Below are positions 1-13,555 of a DNA stretch of 64,000 bases, one piece after another; the first letter of the stretch is position 1, and every line of letters starts with the position of its first letter. The translations under genes and the position numbers were made by a program. The notes beneath the pieces were generated by a model. The model made no database searches. It had not been told where the DNA came from and saw nothing but the letters and a program-made list of their open reading frames with translations. The stretch is from Callorhinchus milii. Its lineage: Eukaryota. The stretch covers positions 30,256,001 to 30,320,000 of the forward strand of contig NW_024704747.1 in the NCBI RefSeq assembly GCF_018977255.1, given 5' to 3'.

Positions 1-1155
1 AGTTCAGCGGGAAGAGAATAAACACGAGGAGTTTGGTAAAGCCCCCTCTGAGCTAAATGTGCTATGGATCCATGGATTGATCCAGTTATTCTCTGCAGTT
101 GGAGGAAGATGAATGTTTTGATTGCGTAATAGCCTGTTGTATATAAAGGTCACGGCTCTGCATTTCTGTGAAACCAAAACAATGCCATTGATTTGGGCTC
201 TTGATAGCTACAATGGTCTGAGGGTTTGAACAGGTCAGCCCCGAAGAGTGAACCAGAGGTCAATGCTTCCTCACACAATTTGTAGCACAAGCTTATGTAT
301 GTACCGACTGTTTAATCAACTGTTATTTACCTTTATATATATTATTAAAGGTCAGTCACAGCGAGATTCTTCTGGAACTGCACCGACACAGATTCATTTC
401 AAACCCAAATATAACCGAACACTACACAGTACATCTTTCCTGCACTGAATGAACATACGGTAATGAATATCAGGGCTATCTCTGGCATTAATCATATATA
501 CTGTGTGCACTCACCAAACAGCCTTTGGTGGGTAAAAGGCTGAGGATTTTACAGTTTGCCTCTCCAAAAATAATCAGCAGCGAGTGCAATAGAAATGAGG
601 TTTGTGCTGTCTGTTCTTTTACCATAGTTCGCCATCATTTACTCGGCCCTCAATCAAATCTACTTTACATACTTTACAGAAGTACAAATCTACTTTACAT
701 AACACTGCTGTGTGCAATTGGCTGCCGCGTTTCGCCCACAAAATACAAAGTCAATTCACATTACAGTATATTCTGTGCTCATTGAGGGCTCTATATCAAA
801 TGTAAGGATTATCATTATTAGAATTATTATCAGAATAGGTCCCAAAGGCCACTTTCTAGCATTGTTCACACTGCCTACATTCGCACTCTTATTTGCACTG
901 TTCAGTTTTCCTGGGTGGTTGATGTGTAATAAATGATTGTTGACAATGCACTTCCTAATCTTACTGTGGTTTGAAATGAAGGTTGTGTGTGGAGGCGCCA
1001 TAGAATGCTAGGATGTAATTTGACGTGTTTGCCTGACTGTGTGGGTGTTTCCCTGAGTAACTTACTCAATCAGATCAAAGTGTGAGCTTTGTCTTAAGTT
1101 GTACAACCAAAAAAAATGCTGTTTCTCGCAAGCATAGAGTCGTTCAAGATGACAA

Positions 1156-1255
1156 TCACACACACACACACTCATACACACTCACACACATACTCACACA
1201 CATATACACACAGACACACACACACATACACACATACACATACTCACGCACACTC
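1156..1255. repeat. Imperfect (CA)n microsatellite
   Basis: cacacacacacaca ctcatacaca ... directly visible. Confidence 0.9.
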
Positions 1256-3130
1256 TGTATTTTTAACAGGCACATGTCCTTTTTATCTGCAAACTCGGAA
1301 TATTTTAGTGACTCTGAATACAGAAAAAACCTTGCTGTGAAACAGGGAAATGCCAAAGGGTATTGACATAACCAGCACTAACCAGCCATTTTGTGCACGT
1401 TTAAACCTATTTGACTCTTTTCTCAATAGCCTGCTCTGTTAATTTCTATTTCAGCCGTTATGTATCGAGATAATACATTGTACTTACCGACAACAATAAG
1501 CTGCCTTTATTGCGAAGCATTTAAGTGCAAACATCATGTAATATCTTCCAAATGGAAAACAAACAGAGCATTAACCTTTGATGAGGTCAAATATAAAAAC
1601 TGGTAGGGTCAAATATAAAAATCGTGATTATACAGCAGTTCAATTATGAGACATTCTCAAAATGCGCTAATGAACTTGTAACTGGTTTATTAAATATCAG
1701 GCAGCCCATCTGGAAGCAAGGAGATCCAGTTTGTTTTAATTTGCTGATATTGTTGACCAATGCTGTAAGTGTTAGAGAGAGCACATCCTCAACATGCCGG
1801 CAAAAAGCAGCTGTCACTTGATCTTAAGCGAACCAGTTCAGCACCTCATACAGAGCTGTCATATTACATTAAGGTACAGTGCGGGAAATCATCAGATTCA
1901 TCAAAAAAGGATGAGATGTGCCCTATTGGTTTGAATCTGAAGACCTTCCTCTTTGAACGCACTTATGATCAACTCTTCCCTCCTTCCCTCCTTCCCTCCC
2001 TCCCCACCGGCTCGGGGTCAGGCTCCGCCACTGTTAAGCACTCCGAGAACCTGCCCCGAGTGAAGGGCGCTGTGTAAATGCAAATTGTTGTTGCTGTTGT
2101 TGTAATCTTCGATCAAAAATGTCTTATCTCTTCTTCCAAAAAAAAGCAAAATAATGATAATTTGGTCACTCAATCCACGACTGTTTGTGGGACGCTGCTG
2201 TGTGCAATTGGCTGCTGCGTATCGCCCAGAAATATACAGTCAGTTCACTTTACAATATATCCTGTGAAGCGCTTTGAGACGTCTCATTGACATGATAAGA
2301 CGCTGTATAAAACGCCAGGATTATTATTACTGTTATAATGGTAAAGACGGAGACAAATCATTTCTTGAAAAGCCTCTCAGCAGCTACAAGCTGCAGCCGC
2401 AGGAGGAAGCCAGGCTTGTTGTGTCCAACCTTATCCATCATGTGAGAGAGTCCACATGTGCCTGACATGACTTGGCTGAGGGAGAGGCAGGTTCAGCTAT
2501 TCCAGTATTTTCTGAACGTCCTCTGCGAATTGACAAGTTTCTCGAACACAAAGCATGTTAACCCTTAGGTTTCAAGATCCTCTCAATCGCCAACAAATCC
2601 CTTCATGGCCTGGCACCTCCCTACCTTTCTGACCCGCTTTCTCCCCACTCTACCACCCGCTGGCTCCGGCCGCCTGCTTGACTCTCGAGGACGGGGGGGG
2701 ATTCTTGGAGAGCAGTTTCCAGGGCCCTCTGGTGGATAGAGCTTTGCCGTGCGATCTCTCAACACCACAAGATGGTTTCTCATTGTTAACTTCAGGGAAA
2801 AGAAACTGGAGCCAAGTGAAGCGCGAGAGGAGAAAGTGCCTTGATTTTTCACGAATGGACTACTGATTTAATTAGTGACGTTTTTTGCCCACTGCACAGA
2901 TCATTTAACTCGTTCCTCTGACACTGACCGTCTTGTGGATTCAATAAGCCAACCTCCCAGCTGACAATTCACTATCCTGCTCGGAAGCTAAAACTTTGTT
3001 CCCTACCATTTTAAAGAACACATTCAAAATAATTAGAAGAACACAAATTGACAATAACAATCAACGAAGAAGTCTAGGTTTCTACTTGAACAAGCAATTA
3101 AAACTACACTATTACCATTTAAGTTACCAT

Positions 3131-3455
3131 GGAGTCCTGTAGCTCAGTGGTTAGAGTGCTCACCTCGCAAACGAGAGGATCTGGCGATAACTGGGCGGGG
3201 CGAAACATTGGGCAAGTTTCCTTACTCCACACCCACGCCTCTGTTTACCCAGCAGTAAATATGAATCCGGTTGTTAGTCGATTGCCGAATTGCTAACCAG
3301 GGCTAATAAATCCCCTCAAAATAATAATTTGGGGCATTTCTGTGCAATTGGCTGCTGCATTTCACTCACAAAATGTACAGTATATTCTGTGAAGCGCTTT
3401 GAGACGTCTCGAGGACGTGATAAGCCGCCATATCAAATGCGAAGATGACTATTAT
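3131..3455 (+). mobile_element. Dominant tRNA-SINE copy with internal deletions
   Basis: Starts ggagtcctgtagctcagtggttagag and ends ...gtgataagccgccatatcaaatgc. Confidence 0.85.
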
Positions 3456-4779
3456 TTAAAACTTAGCACTCAATCGTGTGTCTTGTTTCAAAAAAATAAA
3501 ATGTTTCACGAGTTCTCCAAGGAGTTTCCCAGTAGATTGCGTGTGTGATTGACTCACTAATACGAGGACAGGTTCTTGAACAGCCTTGTGGTGACAGGTC
3601 ACAGTGTTGTCTGCCTTCCATCCATCAGGAGGCTGAATTCACACCACCTCGCACTACACAGTGAATTTGCTAGTGGTTGGCTCGCATACACTGTGTTGCT
3701 TTTGACAGGGAAAAATCAATTCGCGATGCCCAAAGGATGAGAATCATTGGGCATTTCTCATTGACATCTCTGAAGTAATAACAATAATAATTAAGACTTT
3801 AGACTTGTGCTTTAGTTTAGCGGATGGACATGAGCAAGGCTACAAAATTGTATTTTTGATTCTATTCCTTTTTGAGTGAGAAGAAACTTTATTTGAGCAT
3901 TTGCAGTTTCCCACACAGGTCAGTGATTTCCTATTTACAAAAAAGCTGCTTTCACCCAACGGAGCTGTGGAACAGAGTTTGTCGGTTGTTGAGAAGGATT
4001 AATTGGAAAGACTACAGCCAACCTTGGCATTTAATGTCAGAGTCACATTTCAGTGTTGGCCATGGAATATTAATGTGTTAGTCTGCTTAAAAAAATGTTT
4101 TAAATGCACTAACAGGAAATGTTTTAATGATAATTTGGTCACTTAATCTACGGCTGTTTGTGGGATGCCATTGTACGCAATTGGCAGCTGAGTTTCGCCC
4201 ACAAAATACACAATCAATTCACTTTACAGTGTATCCTGTGAAGCACGCTAAGACGTCTCGAAGACGCGATAAGGGACTGTATCAAATGCAAGGATTATTA
4301 TTATTTATTATTTTTAAACAGTAAATGTAGGGAGGATGAATAATGAATAATGAAAGGCGAGTTAAAATCCACGTAAAGACTTTAACTTTTGCCGTTCTGG
4401 CAGTTGAGTGGACGAGGAGACAAATGAGAAACTTCAATATTGGTGAGGCAACAAGACCAGATGGAAAGCATTAAAACAATTCTCAAACAAATGAGGACAG
4501 AAGCAGAAGAACATCTGGCTAGCATTTCACAGTATATTATTCATTGGAGTGCTGTGATTCCGAGACTGCTCACTTTAGTTACAATTTCAGATAATGAACT
4601 GTGTTACAATATCCCTAACATTGCAGCATTAGTGCTATTAAACTATAAGTCTGTTATATCTGTCATGTTAATGTTAAAACGGCATTATATACTTATGCAC
4701 AACGTTAAATAGCTTTTATTTCTTTGCCACGTCTCTTGCCGCACATTGATTAGAGTCAATTAAAATATTAGCCAGAGTA

Positions 4780-5470
4780 AAAGCAATAATTCTGAGCAAG
4801 AACAGATTGTCAGAGGAAGAGCGATTGGAACCCGATTGGAAGATCTTTGAGAATGTCGCAGAATTGCTGGCTGATGGTAAGATGGTGGATGATATAGATC
4901 GTGACTTTCTCAAGGTGCCTGACAGAGCCAACGGGAAGGCTCCTGGGAAGAAGAGAAACTTGTAAATTGGTTGATAAATCAGCTGAAAAATAGGAAACGC
5001 AGGGTAACAATCAATGACAGCAGGAGTAATTGGCTAGTTGTGACTTGCAGAGTAACCCAGGGATCAGTCCTGTGATCTCTTTGCCTCTAGATGATCTAAA
5101 TGGACATATTAAAAATTTCATTTGGAACTTTGTGCATTGTACTAAGTAGTGTGTGAAAAGAGGATATTTAGAGGAAATTAATCAAATGTAAAGATGTCTG
5201 CAAACACTTAGCAACAGGATGGATTAATCACCAACTCAAAGTCCAACCCTGAGAGCCCACCAGGTGCTATAGAGGCTCCTGAATATGTGGGACAATATGG
5301 GGAGACAAAAAGACAAATTACCTGTCAGTGTAAGTAAGTAGGTGCATAGAATATAAGTCCTAGAAAGAGACACTCCAGAAAGCATTAGTTAGACCACACG
5401 TGGAGATCACGTATGGAGGATTGCATCAAGCTGTAGTCAATGCCATTATGAACAGATGTAGAGACAGTGG
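4780..5470 (+). mobile_element. Degenerate CR1-type LINE reverse-transcriptase fragment
   Basis: FENVAELLADGKMVDDIDRDFLKVPDRA resembles the CR1 motif (VDVIYLDFxKAFD). Also gtaacccagggatcagtcctg (VTQGSVL, cf. VPQGSVL) and ttagttagaccacacgtggag (LVRPHVE). Contains stops and frameshifts. Confidence 0.7.
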
Positions 5471-5564
5471 AAAGTTTTCAGAGAAGAATAACAAATATAA
5501 TTGCAAGTTTTGGGATCATTAAGCTAAAAAAAAGCAAAAGGTTTAGGAAGAATCCTAATGGGCT

Positions 5565-5695
5565 CCTACTTACTGCTATGTAAAAGAGGCATGTGGAGTA
5601 AGGAAACTTGCCCAACATTGTGCCCTGCCCGTGAATCAAACCCAGGTCCTCTCGCTTGCGAGGCGAGTGCTCTAACCACTGAGCTACGGACTCCA
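5565..5695 (-). mobile_element. Head-only fragment of the dominant SINE (similar fragments at 10833-10962 and 44400-44450)
   Basis: Reverse complement of the tRNA head plus GGGCAAGTTTCCTTACTCCAC; no tail. Confidence 0.8.
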
Positions 5696-8684
5696 CAAAA
5701 TGAAAATGCTGGCGATGTGTTTATAGAGGTGGATTTCTTCTGCTTCCAGGAGCTGCAGTCAAAATGATCTTTGCCATTGACCTTGTTTTTTATTACTATT
5801 TACAATTGAAGGCTGATGAATATGAGCAGGAAGGTAGTTATAGCTTCATGAATCTAATACGATAGATGAGTTCATATTAGAAATACATAAATCTCAAGTT
5901 ACATCTAAATTGTGGATTAAATTGATTTTTGATGTCAGCTAATGTATTATGGATTGCGTAGGGATTTGATTTCCTTGCAGAACCATCTACAGCTCCAGTG
6001 AGACAACATTATCAGGGAGTTACGTATGTAGACAGAAATACAGCAATTTAGATTTTACTGGATTTCAGCAAAAATGTACAGCGGAGGTTTTTTTAATCAA
6101 TACTTATTGTTTACAATGCCACAATCAGTTAGATCCTTTATACATAAACAATAGCATCAGCAAAACCTGGCTCAAGGTAACCTCGTGTCTGGTTTATACG
6201 GTTGGAAGTGATACCATTTTACTTCGAGCAGCAAGGGATTTAGAGCATGAAGTCTGATGAACACCTTCCCCACTTGAATCAATCCAAGCAGAATTCTGTC
6301 TGTGGATAAATAAGGCTGTTAGCTCCACTGTTAATAAGATTATCAGTTCCACCGCCCAAGCCCCATATTAGTATAGTAGTAATCCTTGCATTTGATACAG
6401 CGCCTTATCACGTCTTCAAGACGTCTCAAATCGCTTCACAAAATATACTGTAAAGTGAACTGACTGTGGATTTTGTGGGCGAAACATGGCAGCCAATTGC
6501 AACCAGCAGCGTCCCCACAAAGATTGAGATTGAGTGACCACATTATTATTTATATTTTTTTTTAAAAATGTATTATTATTCCATTTCATTAAAGAATGTT
6601 TATCCCTTTTTGTTTGTTTTTTTGAATTTATTGTAGTATTTGGAAAGTTTATTTTAAAAGTCTTAATTTAAAAGTATGTCTTCAAAATGAAAAGGGCCTT
6701 TGAAAAAGCACAGAATTCTGAAGCAAACACCAGGCAGGGGGTTGTTTGTGTAAGAAAACAATTGTGACGTTTGTGAGAGAAAAACAAGAAAGGAAAGCAA
6801 AGGTTGAGTCTCACCTTTGGTCACAGCTGATGCATTATTTAACCGGTGGCTTAAAGGCCTGTATTATCAAATGGTCACTGTGTAAATAAATTTGAGAAAG
6901 CACGTCAATAATTAATTACAGAAAGAGCTGCCAAAAGGAAACCCAACCCATGATGGTCACAGATACAGGCTCTGTTATATCAATCCTCCCAAAGTGCTAT
7001 CAATTTTAATGGTTACAAGGAACCTCTTTTGTAAAGAGGGCTATGGAAACACAACACGTGAACAGCTTAAGCTGACATTAACAGAGTACGATGTCATTCA
7101 AGATTCTCTAACTGCTGTAACTCAGAATATTATATAACTATAGACCATAACCGCATGGTGTGGTGTAATGCGAAGTAACTAACAATAAATTGATGAATTG
7201 GCATTCACTAAGCACATGTATTTGGCTTATCAGTCATTTTTTTAATATTAACTGTGTTTCCAGAGAAGATGGCATTAAGTTTTGTGCTGATCAACTTGGA
7301 TATTAGATGGGGAGAAATGCCCAGAGATGTGAGAAAGCATCTGAATGATGTGTTTCATTTCCACAACAGCCATTTTTGAGGACCCGGAGTAAGACTGACA
7401 CTGCATCCTAGACTGTGCTTTAGGTTCAGCCTCTTGTAAGTACATTGAAGCAGCTCAAACTAATGTCACAAAACTCCTACAGCCAGTAAAAACTCTCAAT
7501 CCTCAACTCTCATGGTCAAACTTTAGGCAAGTTTCCTTACTCCACACACCTCTGTTTACCAGCAGTGAGTAGGAACCCGGTTGTTAATCGATTGTCAGAT
7601 CACTTTTCCGGGGGTAATAATCGTTTTTTAAAAATATTGTTCGCTCATCCACGACTGTTTGTGGGACGCTGCTGCGTGCGATTGGCTGCCCACAAAATAT
7701 ACAGTCAATTCACTTTACAGTATATTCTGTGAAGCGCTTTGAGACGTCGCGAAGACGTGATAAGGCACCGTATCAAATGCAAGAATTATTAAAATCCATC
7801 AATCTGTTTGGAATCAGACCCGGCTCTGGAGGTGGAAGAACAGATTCTCAAACCTAATTCAATTCAAGAAACCAGGGCCTAAATGGTGTTTATGGGAATG
7901 TAACATAATCATAGTTCTGCTGGTTCAGCGCTGAACTGGAAAGTTTGGGATTTGAATCCTATTGTACTCGCTTACACCCTCACCCTTCAGGAGAGGTCAA
8001 TAATAATTACCCATCTTTGCAGGGACCTGTGTGGCTTTCCATAGTGCTAAATTGCCTCTCAGGAGACACATCTGGCAGACGGTAATCCAAAGCCCTGTTG
8101 ATTATTCAGTAGCCTGTTGGGTTTATCAATAGTCTTGGAGTTGCAAATTTATCCCTCAACCTACAAATCAACCCCCTAATTGGGTAGGGTAGTCCTGACT
8201 TGGCAAGCACCATGTTGAACTCGCCCAGGTTAAGTGATAAATAGATTGCAATGTGATTTACCTTATGATTGGAGATTGTTTGAGCTGAGGTAATGTCTGA
8301 TCTGGTATATATTTCTCAATGTGACAATCCATGATGTAGCACTCAGCGACTCATTAAGACAATGGCATTTTATTCGTCCTTTATAAAACTACATGCAAAT
8401 GAATCTACACAGGAACTGGAGCAAAGGCCGGGAGAGGAGAGCTTTTTGTTCAGGTTTTGTGTTATTGAGAGCTCCCTGATTCACACTGCACATTGTGGTC
8501 ATGATAACAGCATAAACTGCACAAGAGGATATTAACCTCATGTGGCTTTATCTGACGAAGATAAGAGAATGGTACAAAATACAGTCATAACAAAGTCCTG
8601 ATAAATAAAGTTTTATTACATGTCAGCTAAAATTACTACATGCATGCAGACAAATATTCTAGGTTATCTGAAAAAAGTATTCAT

Positions 8685-9135
8685 AACAATAATCCTTGCA
8701 TTCGGTGTAGCACCTTTCACTTCAGCCACACGTCGCAAAGTGCTTCACGGGATTTTACTGTGACGTAGAGTGAATGTGCACTTGTGGGTGAATGCAGCAG
8801 CCAATTTGCACATAGCAAACGGCAATGTCCCACAAACAGCCATGAAGTGAGTGACCAATTTTATTCGGGGGGTTGTTGGCCAGGACACGCGGAGAGAAAG
8901 AGAAACTCACTTCTCTTTTCAAATAGCATCACGAGATCTTTAACGTCCACCTGAACAGGCAGACAGGACCTTAGTTTAACGACTCATCTGAAGGACGGCA
9001 CCTCCCACAACACTCCCCCATCGCTGTGTTGCAGCGTCAGCTTAGAAAATGTGATTTCCAGTCCTGATGTGGGACTTGAACCCACAACCTTTTAACTCAG
9101 AGGCAAGAGCTTTACCACTGAGCCAGGCTGACACA
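8685..9135 (-). mobile_element. Older full-length DeuSINE (SacSINE1/AmnSINE1-like)
   Basis: On -: tRNA-like head (GGCTCAGTGG...GGGTTCAAGTCCC), Deu-domain sequence GGTGCCGTCCTTCAGATGAGTCGTTAAACTAAGGTCC..TCAGGTGGACGTTAAAGATC..GTGTCCTGGCCAA, then CAAATTGGCTGC and an L2-type tail. Confidence 0.8.
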
Positions 9136-9850
9136 CAAATATACAACTGACATGGTACAAGTACTAAATGCAACTGCTTCTGTTTGGTATGATGAATGAG
9201 GCACAATCACGAGGTATTGAACAATACTTGCTATGTCTAGCATTGAATTAAATTAGGTGTTCAAGCAATCACAAAGGAAATTATTATAGAAATAATTAAC
9301 ATTCTCAGGTAATTATTATACATTAAAGTGATTAAAGATCGGGTTAAGAGAAGCTTGTAGAAGGCTGAGAGCAATCTTTGGTTCCATTTCAACTTCATTC
9401 CCAAAGTAAAGAGCTAAAATTAGAGACCCAGCTATTTTTTTCAGGGGCTAACCCTGAAAATGACTTTGTAGAACCTTCCAAACTGTAGGTTTCAACAGAG
9501 AATGTTTGAAAGTGAACTTCAAAGAACTTAGGACAGATTTCTCTTAACGTTGGGTGGTCTGACCCGACATTCTGATTGTGGGATGGTGCATGACAATGCA
9601 AAGATTTTGTGGACTAAGACGAGGCAATCATGGATCCCACCAAGTCCAAACAATGCGCACTTTGTTTCTTTCGCCACCACATATGTGTCCACCACAATCC
9701 TGTGTCTGCGTTGCTGGGGTACATTTGCCACAAGTCGCATTGTTAGGTTCAAGGGCAGTCTCCACAGTCTTACGCAAACTTCAACATTTAAAAAGAGCAA
9801 GTTAGATGCACCTCCAACCTACCCCACAAGTGTGCTAACCACATCACAGT

Positions 9851-10090
9851 GGAGTCCTGTAGCTCAGTGGTTAGAGCCCTCGCCTCGCAAGCGAGAGGAA
9901 GTGGGTTTGATTCACGGGCGGGGCGAAACCTTAGGCAAGTTTCCTTACTCCACACGCACCTCTGTAAGTAGGAACCCGGTTGTTAGTTGATTTGTGGATG
10001 GCTTTTCCAGGGGTAATAATCCCTTCAAAATAAATTACAATAAAATCCTGTGAAGCGCTGTGACGCGTCCCGAATGCAAGGATTATTTTT
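9851..10090 (+). mobile_element. Dominant tRNA-SINE copy, internally deleted
   Basis: Intact head and body followed by a collapsed tail (gtgaagcgct...gcaaggattatt). Confidence 0.8.
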
Positions 10091-12122
10091 ATCTAAATCT
10101 TTTCCCTTCAAGATGATATATGGATGAATTTCTCATGAATATGAACATTCTGGTCCTATCAGTAGAGAATGGAACACCTGCAATAATTGGTGATAGGAGA
10201 GGCAGTGAGAGAATTACCTTTCTCTTTGTCGCACACCCTAAAAAATCCACGCTTTACAATTATGCTGCTAATAACTGGAATAGAATGTCTAATCTTATTA
10301 AGCTACCTACTTGGTTTAATTATGGACTTAATTATTTAAAATCATGTCTCTATCAATGAGAAGCAACATTGGTATGAAAGACATTTGTATAATAGTAAGA
10401 AAATTATATTTTAGAAATGTCTATTGAGAAGATTGTTTTTTTAAATCAGAACACGGTGGATGGAGCTAAATACTAAATCTGTGGGAAAAAAATTGCTCCA
10501 GCCATTTTGCATCCATTGTATAATATATAATATAAATGGAAACTAAAATAAAATAAACAACTGGGAAATTAATGCTTTATAATTGTGGGATTTCTGATAG
10601 CCTGAGAAACTATCTAATCAGTAATAAGCTGATGTTCTTTAATGAAGGGGCCTTAACTAACTTTTTTTTTGTTCTTTCTAAATGTAAACAAGAAATATAG
10701 AGAGGTAGAATTTTACTAAAATTTGAAATTCAGAAATCTTACATCAACTCCTTCATTTTTTTAATCAGAATATTAGAAAGTAAGAAAATTGTACGTAACG
10801 GAAAAACGATCCATCAATCAACTAACAAACAAGTTCCTACTTACTGTTGGTAAACAGAGGTGTGGGTGTGAGTAAGGAAACTTGCCCAACATTTCATCCT
10901 GCCCGGGAATCGAACCCAGGTCCTCTCGCTTGCGAGGCGAGTGCTCTAATCACTGAGCTACATGTTGGCTGTTGTGCACGCGAGCTGAATGGAGAATGAA
11001 TGCACCATAGGTAGAAAAGACCGTTGCTTGTAGACTCTTGCTCTACTTGTAGATGCAGAACCATAGTAACTGTTTCCCGAAGGTCCTCGTACCTTTATTT
11101 ATGTACCGTGGGTAAAGTTTGGAGAAAATGTGATTAGGAGATCGCTTTGTACCAGACAGTGAAGATAAAATGAATCCCTTTGGGTAATTACATGTTCTTA
11201 TTTACATATCCAATCAGTAAACTGTACTTGAAATGCAATTGAACAAATAACAAGTGCTTACAGAAACAAATACTTTGTAATCTTCACCTAATCTTGTGCC
11301 ACCCAGCTATTTGTCATTCTGTGTGAAGAGTGATCCAATAGCTTGAAGCTGCAATTTACAACTACGGATAGATTGCCTTAAACAAGACTGAAGGATTGAT
11401 TTCTGAAATCCAATCAAAACTCGGACTCGCACAGTTGGGTTTTGAGAATACCCAATGCTGCTGGAATTGAAATGTGCGAAAGAAATTCCACTAAAACTCA
11501 CGTTAAATGCATTACTTATCCACTCAGTAAGGTACTACCAAACAATTAATAATAAACAATAGACTGCCTTGTTCAGGTTTATCATTAAACAAAACTATTG
11601 CAGCAACTATTTTCAGTGTTTTCCAAGACTAACGCTCAAAGTGGCAAAAACGTCACCTCATATGAGCAGACATTTTACTAACCTTTTCAGTCGACCCTGT
11701 GTGGGTAATATCTGATTCAATTCAATGTTAGTTTTATCCTGGGCTCACGTTATTACAGGATTATTGCAATACTGAACCTTGGTGGAACATTGCCTCACTT
11801 ACTGACTTTACTGACTTAAAGGTCGTCGATTGTTTTTTCATGGGAAAAGGATGCTATTTCATTCAGATAATTCCATTGGCTCCCCCGAAAGAATAGTTAA
11901 TTGCTATTATAAGTGCTTTTATTGCTGCATTGTGAAGCTTAATTTGATTTATGATGGATCCCTCCATATACAGTATATTAATGGAAAAGTACTGGAGCTT
12001 ACACAATCACCTGCTTCTAACCACAGTAATTTATGGATGTCTGTGTGTATTGTATCAGCCATGCAGATACAAGACTATCTCTCATCTGTTATTAAGTGAC
12101 CAGACAATATGATAAGATCCTA

Positions 12123-12420
12123 CGCGGTTTTAACTGGTTAGACTCCAGCAGTTACCCCAACGCACACTCTGGGCTACCCCCAAGCCTTGGCTCTCGCCAA
12201 CCTGCGCCTAATACTTTCCGGAATTAGGTAAGCAGGTGGCGTCCCTCCAGAGAGAGAGAGATAGAGAGAGAGCGCATTCCATTCCAACAATCTCTCACTG
12301 GGATTTCCAGGTGTAGGTGGGAGGCGGGGAATTCTCAGCTTGGTTTGGAGACTCTTAAGCAACGGTGATGGGTTTCCGCACGTGTTAAGACACCCACCCG
12401 ACTGACCAAAAAAATAATAA
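12123..12420 (+). repeat. Unclassified interspersed repeat, six copies (also about 22066-22340, 23062-23235, 39690-39836, 51011-51220, 63876-64000)
   Basis: Shared CCAACCTGCGCCTAATACT.TCCGGAATTAG...(GA)n...ATTCCAACAATCT...GGAATTCTCAGCT...TTAAGCA.CGGTGATGGGTTTCC...GACCAAAAAAA. Confidence 0.85.
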
Positions 12421-13074
12421 ATACAATAATACAAAGACGGGAAGTTTGTTGCTGGGTTGAGTTTAAAGTGGGGCTGATAGTAGTCACACCACTCAGGGCA
12501 ATGGGTATAAACAAACAAGGAATCGTTCTTGTTGCCCGTGAACTTCACACAGTAGTGCAGGACGTGTCATGTTTTATCATGTTCCCCGTCACTGTGTGCA
12601 TATTGTTGCAGGAACGCACATTGTAGCTGTACTTGGTGCCTCTTGTCTCAAAATCCAAAAGTGCAGGTTGGAAAAGTACAGCAACATGCGAAAGAACATG
12701 AAATCACCGACATCTGAATAAAGCTGTCAATCCTCGATCAAAAGATTCTGTAATACTGTGAGCAAAGGCCACATGAATGTACCTTTCTTTGAAACCTACA
12801 GTGAGGTTGAAGGTTGTTAAGCCTGGATCTCATCAAAGCCACACACGTAACCAACGTGATTCTTATACCAAGGAATGCTGAATACAGAGGGAGCAGGCGT
12901 GAGACATCGTGGAAAGTAATCGATATATGTTGACATGCATATTTCTAACAAGCAACGTTTTAGAGTGATTCAGAATCAGAATTATTTGGAGTTTTTCACG
13001 TTGCTGTCTTTTAGATTTTAAAATGAGAGTGAAATGGACCTTTGCCAATCCACTGAGCAAGATACAGTATAACA

Positions 13075-13422
13075 GTAATCCTTGCATTTGATACAGAGCT
13101 TTATCACAGCGCTTCGCAGAATATATTGTAAAGTGAATTGACTGCATATTTTAGGGGCCAAACACGGCAGCCAATTGCGCACAGCAGTGTCCCACAAACA
13201 GCCGTGGATTGCGTGACCAAATTCTTTTTTTTTTTTAGAGGGATTATTACCCCCGGAAAAGCGATCCACCAATCGACTACCAACCGGGTTCCTACTTACG
13301 GCTAGGGTAACAGAGGTGTGTGGAGTAAGGAAACTTGTCCAACATTTCGCCCTGCCCGGGAATCAAACCCAGGTCCTCTCACCTGCGAGGCCAGTGCGGT
13401 AACCACTGAGCTACAGGACTCC
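13075..13422 (-). mobile_element. Full-length tRNA-derived SINE (dominant family: tRNA head, central body, L2-type tail, ATT-type tail repeat)
   Basis: On - it starts GGAGTCCTGTAGCTCAGTGGTT (box A), has a GGTTTGATTCC box B, and ends ...GTGATAAAGCTCTGTATCAAATGCAAGGATTA. Confidence 0.9.
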
Positions 13423-13555
13423 ACAATTTGTTATTGTGGAATTGATTCATTGTTCATCAATTGTGGAGTGAAAACTGAAGGGCTGACATGAACCCGGCGG
13501 ATTAAAAAAAGGGTTATTTTCGATTGTGACTGAAGACTTTTCTTGTTTTATTCAG

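Noticed and set aside
652-1625. Short direct repeats (caaatctactttacata twice at about 655 and 684; ggtcaaatataaaaa twice at about 1586 and 1606)
   Set aside because: Two-copy local duplications only. There is no repeat-spacer array, so this is not CRISPR-like, and the DNA is eukaryotic.
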